Source: Chlamydiota bacterium (GTDB lineage Bacteria; Auribacterota; Tritonobacteria; UBA1439). From it: a stretch of DNA of 28,703 nucleotides. The notes beneath the pieces are model-generated. The model was not told the DNA's origin. It saw only the letters and a program-made list of their open reading frames with translations, and searched no databases. Position 1 is the first letter of the stretch, and each line of letters begins with the position of its first letter. Location: assembly GCA_037133055.1 (NCBI GenBank), contig JBAXOY010000027.1, positions 1-28,703 on the forward strand, read 5' to 3'. Of the stretch, positions 25,467 to 28,703 are shown piece by piece. The translations under genes were made by a program, and so were the position numbers.

Positions 25467-26564
25467 ATGGTCGATCTGTCGGGAGTCCTCAGGGAGGCGG
25501 TGACGCGCAGGGCCTCCGACATCCACCTGAAGGCGGGGTGCCCCCCGATCCTGAGAATCGCGACCCAGCTCGTGTCCCTTGACCATCCGCCCCTCGCCCC
25601 CTCCGAGATCGAGGCGGTCGCCCAGTCCCTCGTCGGCAAGATCCAGTGGGCCTCGTTTCTCTCGGGCGCCGAGCTCGACGTCGCCTACCTCGACCCCGCG
25701 GCGGGAAGGTTCCGCACGAACATCTTCCACCAGCGGGGGATGGTCGGCATCGTCATGCGCCACGTGCAGACGTCCGTCCCCGGCTTCAAGGATCTCGGCC
25801 TCCCGCCGATCATCAAGAAGATCGCGCTCACCGAGCGCGGGATCGTCATCGTCAGCGGCGCGACCGGCTCCGGAAAATCCACCACGCTCGCCGCCATGAT
25901 CGATTTCATCAACGCGCGGCTCCGGCGCCACATCGTCACGATCGAGGACCCGATCGAGTTCATCCACGACGACGTGAAATCGCTGATCGAGCAGCGCGAG
26001 GTGGGCATCGACACCCGGTCGTTCCCCTCGGCCCTCCGCTGCGTGATGCGGCAGGACCCCGACATCATCATGGTGGGAGAGATGAGGGACAAGGAGAGCT
26101 TCATGGCGGTGCTCGCCGCCGCCGACGTGGGGCGGCTTTCCCTCGCCACCCTCCATTCCCCCGACGCCGCGCAGGTGGTGCTCCGGGTTATGGACTTCTT
26201 CCCCGTGGCGGAGCGGGAGCAGGCGCGGCTCCAGTTGGCGGCGAACGTGGTGGCGATCATCTGCCAGCGGCTCATTCCCCGCGCGGACGGGAAAGGGGCC
26301 ATTCCCGCGGTCGAGATCATGCTCGGAACCACCACCGTGCGGAAGCTCATCCGCGAAAACAAGGTCGGAAAACTCACCGCCGCGATCCAGGACGGGAAGG
26401 ACCTGGGGATGCAGACCTTCAACCAGGCCCTGGTCGAACTCGTCCAGGCCTCCCTCATCACCGAGGATGCGGCGCTCTCGCACTCCCCGAGCCCCGAGAG
26501 CCTCAAGATGAACCTCCAGGGGATCTACCTCGACGAGTCCCGCCAGATCCTCGGCGACGATTGA
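25467..26564 (+). CDS. PilT/PilU family type IV pilus retraction ATPase
   Basis: ASDIHLKAG.PP, RFRTNIF.QRG, Walker A GATGSGKST, TIEDPIEF, QREVG.DT, RQDPDIIMVGEMRD, TVRKLIRE, GMQTFNQAL. Confidence 0.93.
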   Translation: MVDLSGVLREAVTRRASDIHLKAGCPPILRIATQLVSLDHPPLAPSEIEAVAQSLVGKIQWASFLSGAELDVAYLDPAAGRFRTNIFHQRGMVGIVMRHVQTSVPGFKDLGLPPIIKKIALTERGIVIVSGATGSGKSTTLAAMIDFINARLRRHIVTIEDPIEFIHDDVKSLIEQREVGIDTRSFPSALRCVMRQDPDIIMVGEMRDKESFMAVLAAADVGRLSLATLHSPDAAQVVLRVMDFFPVAEREQARLQLAANVVAIICQRLIPRADGKGAIPAVEIMLGTTTVRKLIRENKVGKLTAAIQDGKDLGMQTFNQALVELVQASLITEDAALSHSPSPESLKMNLQGIYLDESRQILGDD

Positions 26565-26632
26565 CCTGTCTTGAAACGCCCCGTGTCCCCGCCGCCTCGG
26601 ATGTCCGTCGCGACCGACCGCCCCGGGATGAA

Positions 26633-28270
26633 ATGAACTACGACGCCATCCGCGAACTGAAGCGCCTTGCCGGTCTCGAGCGCGGCGCCCTGTCCCGGCA
26701 CCCGGCCTCCTGCACCGTCGCCCTCGTGTATCCCGACTCCTATTTCGTGGGGATGAGCAGCATGGGGTTCCAGCTCGTCTACGCGGCCCTCAACTCCCTG
26801 CCCGGGGTGCGCTGCGAGCGCGCCTTTCTCATGCCCGGCGTCGAGAGCCTCACGGTGGAAAGCCGCACCCCCCTCTCCGGCTTCGATCTCGTCGCCTTCT
26901 CCATCTCCTGCGAGCAGGATTACGGGAACATCGTGGAAATCCTGCGCCGGGCGGGCATCCCGCCCCTCTCCGGCGGCAGGGACGAAAGCGCCCCCCTGGT
27001 CCTCGGGGGCGGCGTCTGCGCCACGCTCAACCCGGAGCCGATTGCCGACCTGTTCGACCTCTTCGTTCTCGGCGAGGCGGAGGGCGTCCTCGGCCCCCTC
27101 TTCGATCGGATGATGGCGGAGGGAAGCGCGGGGACCCGGGAGCGTCTCCTCCGGTCGCTCGCGGAAATCCCCGGGGTCTACGTCCCGCGGCTCTTCGTGC
27201 CGCGCCTCGACCGCGGAGGGCGGCTCGCCGCCGTGGAGCCGGCGGACCGGTCGCTGCCGCGCCCGTCATGGCAGCGGACGGCGGACCTCGACCGGTGGCC
27301 CGCACTCGCCCCCCTGGTCACCCCGGAGACGGATTTCGGCGGCAGGGCGATGGTGGAGGTGTCGCGCGGCTGCGGGAGGGGGTGCCGGTTCTGCGTCGCG
27401 GACTATGCCTATCGCCCCCCGCGGATGAGGAGCAGGGCGGCGCTCGCCGACGCCGTCGCGAGAGGGATGGCGCACGCCCGGGGCATCGCCCTGCTCGGCC
27501 CCTCCCTCTCGGACTGTCCGTGGATCGAGGAGACGTGCGGGGAGATCGTCGCCCGCGGCGGGCGCGTCTCCGTGTCGAGCCTGAGGGCGGATGCCTTGAG
27601 CGACGCGCTCCTCGGGCTTCTCGCGAAGAGCGGCATGAGGAGCCTGACGATCGCCCCGGAGACCCCGGTCGAACAACTCCAGCGGGGGCTCAATAAATCG
27701 ATCCCCGCGCGGGATATACTTTCCGCCGCGGAGCGGGCCGAGTCGGCCGGCCTCAGGGAGGTGAAGCTCTACTATATGATCGGGATCCCGGGGGAGCGGG
27801 ACGGCGACCTCGAGGCGATTGCCGCGGAAGTCGAGGCCGTGGCAACGCGAATCCCCGCGCGGGTGAGCGTCGGGTGCCTGGTCCCGAAGGCGAACACGCC
27901 GCTTCAGTGGGCGGGGATGGAGCCGGAGACGGAGCTGAGGAGAAGGCACCGGCTTCTGAAGGGGATGCTCTCGCGGATCCCCCGGGTGCGGCTGAGCGGG
28001 CAGAGCACGCGGGGGGCGATCATCGAGGGCGCCCTGGCGAGGGGAGACCGGACGCTCGCGCGGTTCCTCGTCGAGGGGCGGATGCCGGGCGGGGCGCTCG
28101 ATCTCCATGCGCTGCGGCCGCGGGGAGCGGACGAGGTGTTTCCTTGGGACCACATGGACACCGGGGTGGGCAGGGCGTACCTGAGGGCGGAGTTCGAACG
28201 GTTCATGAACGGGGAACTCACCGCGCGGTGCGAGCCCGCCGCGTGCCGGTTGTGCGGGGCGTGCGGATAG
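26633..28270 (+). CDS. Radical SAM protein with B12-binding-like N-terminus and C-terminal Cys cluster (TIGR03960-like)
   Basis: YPDSYFVGMSSMGFQ, NPEPIADLFD...GEAE, EVSRGCGRGCRFC (CxxxCxxC), LTIAPE, KLYYMIGIPGE, PKANTPLQW, FPWDH, C....CRLCGAC. Confidence 0.9.
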   Translation: MNYDAIRELKRLAGLERGALSRHPASCTVALVYPDSYFVGMSSMGFQLVYAALNSLPGVRCERAFLMPGVESLTVESRTPLSGFDLVAFSISCEQDYGNIVEILRRAGIPPLSGGRDESAPLVLGGGVCATLNPEPIADLFDLFVLGEAEGVLGPLFDRMMAEGSAGTRERLLRSLAEIPGVYVPRLFVPRLDRGGRLAAVEPADRSLPRPSWQRTADLDRWPALAPLVTPETDFGGRAMVEVSRGCGRGCRFCVADYAYRPPRMRSRAALADAVARGMAHARGIALLGPSLSDCPWIEETCGEIVARGGRVSVSSLRADALSDALLGLLAKSGMRSLTIAPETPVEQLQRGLNKSIPARDILSAAERAESAGLREVKLYYMIGIPGERDGDLEAIAAEVEAVATRIPARVSVGCLVPKANTPLQWAGMEPETELRRRHRLLKGMLSRIPRVRLSGQSTRGAIIEGALARGDRTLARFLVEGRMPGGALDLHALRPRGADEVFPWDHMDTGVGRAYLRAEFERFMNGELTARCEPAACRLCGACG

Positions 28271-28313
28271 TTGGTAATGTATCCCCGCCTCGGGAGTCGA
28301 TCGGGAAATCGCC

Positions 28314-28703
28314 ATGGCCTCCGTGGCCCGCAGTGCATCGCTTTGGTTTGCGACTTGCGGCAAGATTTTGACCAAAGATCAGCGGCTGGTGACTCCGGAG
28401 CTGAACGTTTATCAACTCCAGATCTTGGAGGCCTACGAATGGTGTATGGGCCACCGGGTGCCTTGCCGGGTGCTGGCCTTGAAACCGCGCCAAAAAGGAA
28501 GCAGCACCGTCAGCGCCGCGGTGGTTTACCATCATTGCCGCCAATTCCGTTCCCGGGCCGTTCAGATGGCCGATCGGTATAAGAACTCCGACAACCTCTT
28601 TGCGATGACCGCCCGGTTTGCGGAGCACGACGATTTTCCCTGGACCTCCGAATGGCATGCCACCGCCACCACCGCCACCCTTTCGAGCGGCGACGCGCTC
28701 TGG
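28314..28703 (+). CDS. Phage terminase large subunit-like ORF, N-terminal ATPase part (runs off the window; may be a fragment)
   Basis: Own translation: MASVARSASLWFATCGKILTKDQRLVTPELNVYQLQILEAYEWCMGHRVPCRVLALKPRQKGSSTVSAAVVYHHCRQ... with LKPRQKGSST resembling the LKxRQxGxST terminase Walker A. No stop within the window. Confidence 0.7.
   Translation, partial: MASVARSASLWFATCGKILTKDQRLVTPELNVYQLQILEAYEWCMGHRVPCRVLALKPRQKGSSTVSAAVVYHHCRQFRSRAVQMADRYKNSDNLFAMTARFAEHDDFPWTSEWHATATTATLSSGDALW

Noticed and set aside
28218..28658. 146-aa minus-strand ORF and the 28271-28582 plus-strand ORF
   Set aside because: Shadow or alternate frames of the terminase-like frame starting at 28314, which carries the recognisable motif.
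1..28703. CRISPR array, tRNA/rRNA, IS or integrase
   Set aside because: Repeats are 7-18 bp tandem units without unique spacers. I saw no tRNA, rRNA, transposase or recombinase signatures.

Overview
High-GC bacterial chromosome segment dominated by a division/cell-wall (dcw) operon on the + strand: mraZ-[92 aa ORF]-rsmH-[CheY-like receiver]-ftsL-ftsI-murE-murF-mraY-murD-LysM2-ftsW-murG-murB-ftsQ-ftsA-ftsZ. murC and ddl are missing from their usual slots. The LysM gene between murD and ftsW, the Cys-type MurB and the FtsZ tail suggest an FtsZ-retaining PVC-superphylum organism (inference). Upstream lie a lipoprotein, a CDF metal transporter and a hypothetical/MazG-like pair. Downstream lie an HExxH membrane protein, a lipoprotein, an acyl-CoA ligase, a tandem-PilZ protein, a PilT/PilU ATPase with a variant His box, and a radical SAM enzyme. 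The last 390 bp hold an ORF absent from the supplied track (no stop inside the window) that looks like the N-terminal ATPase of a phage terminase large subunit. Many gene junctions carry short 7-10 bp tandem or inverted repeat arrays, including two related copies bracketing murB where murC and ddl would normally sit. All calls come from visual motif recognition; no searches were run.
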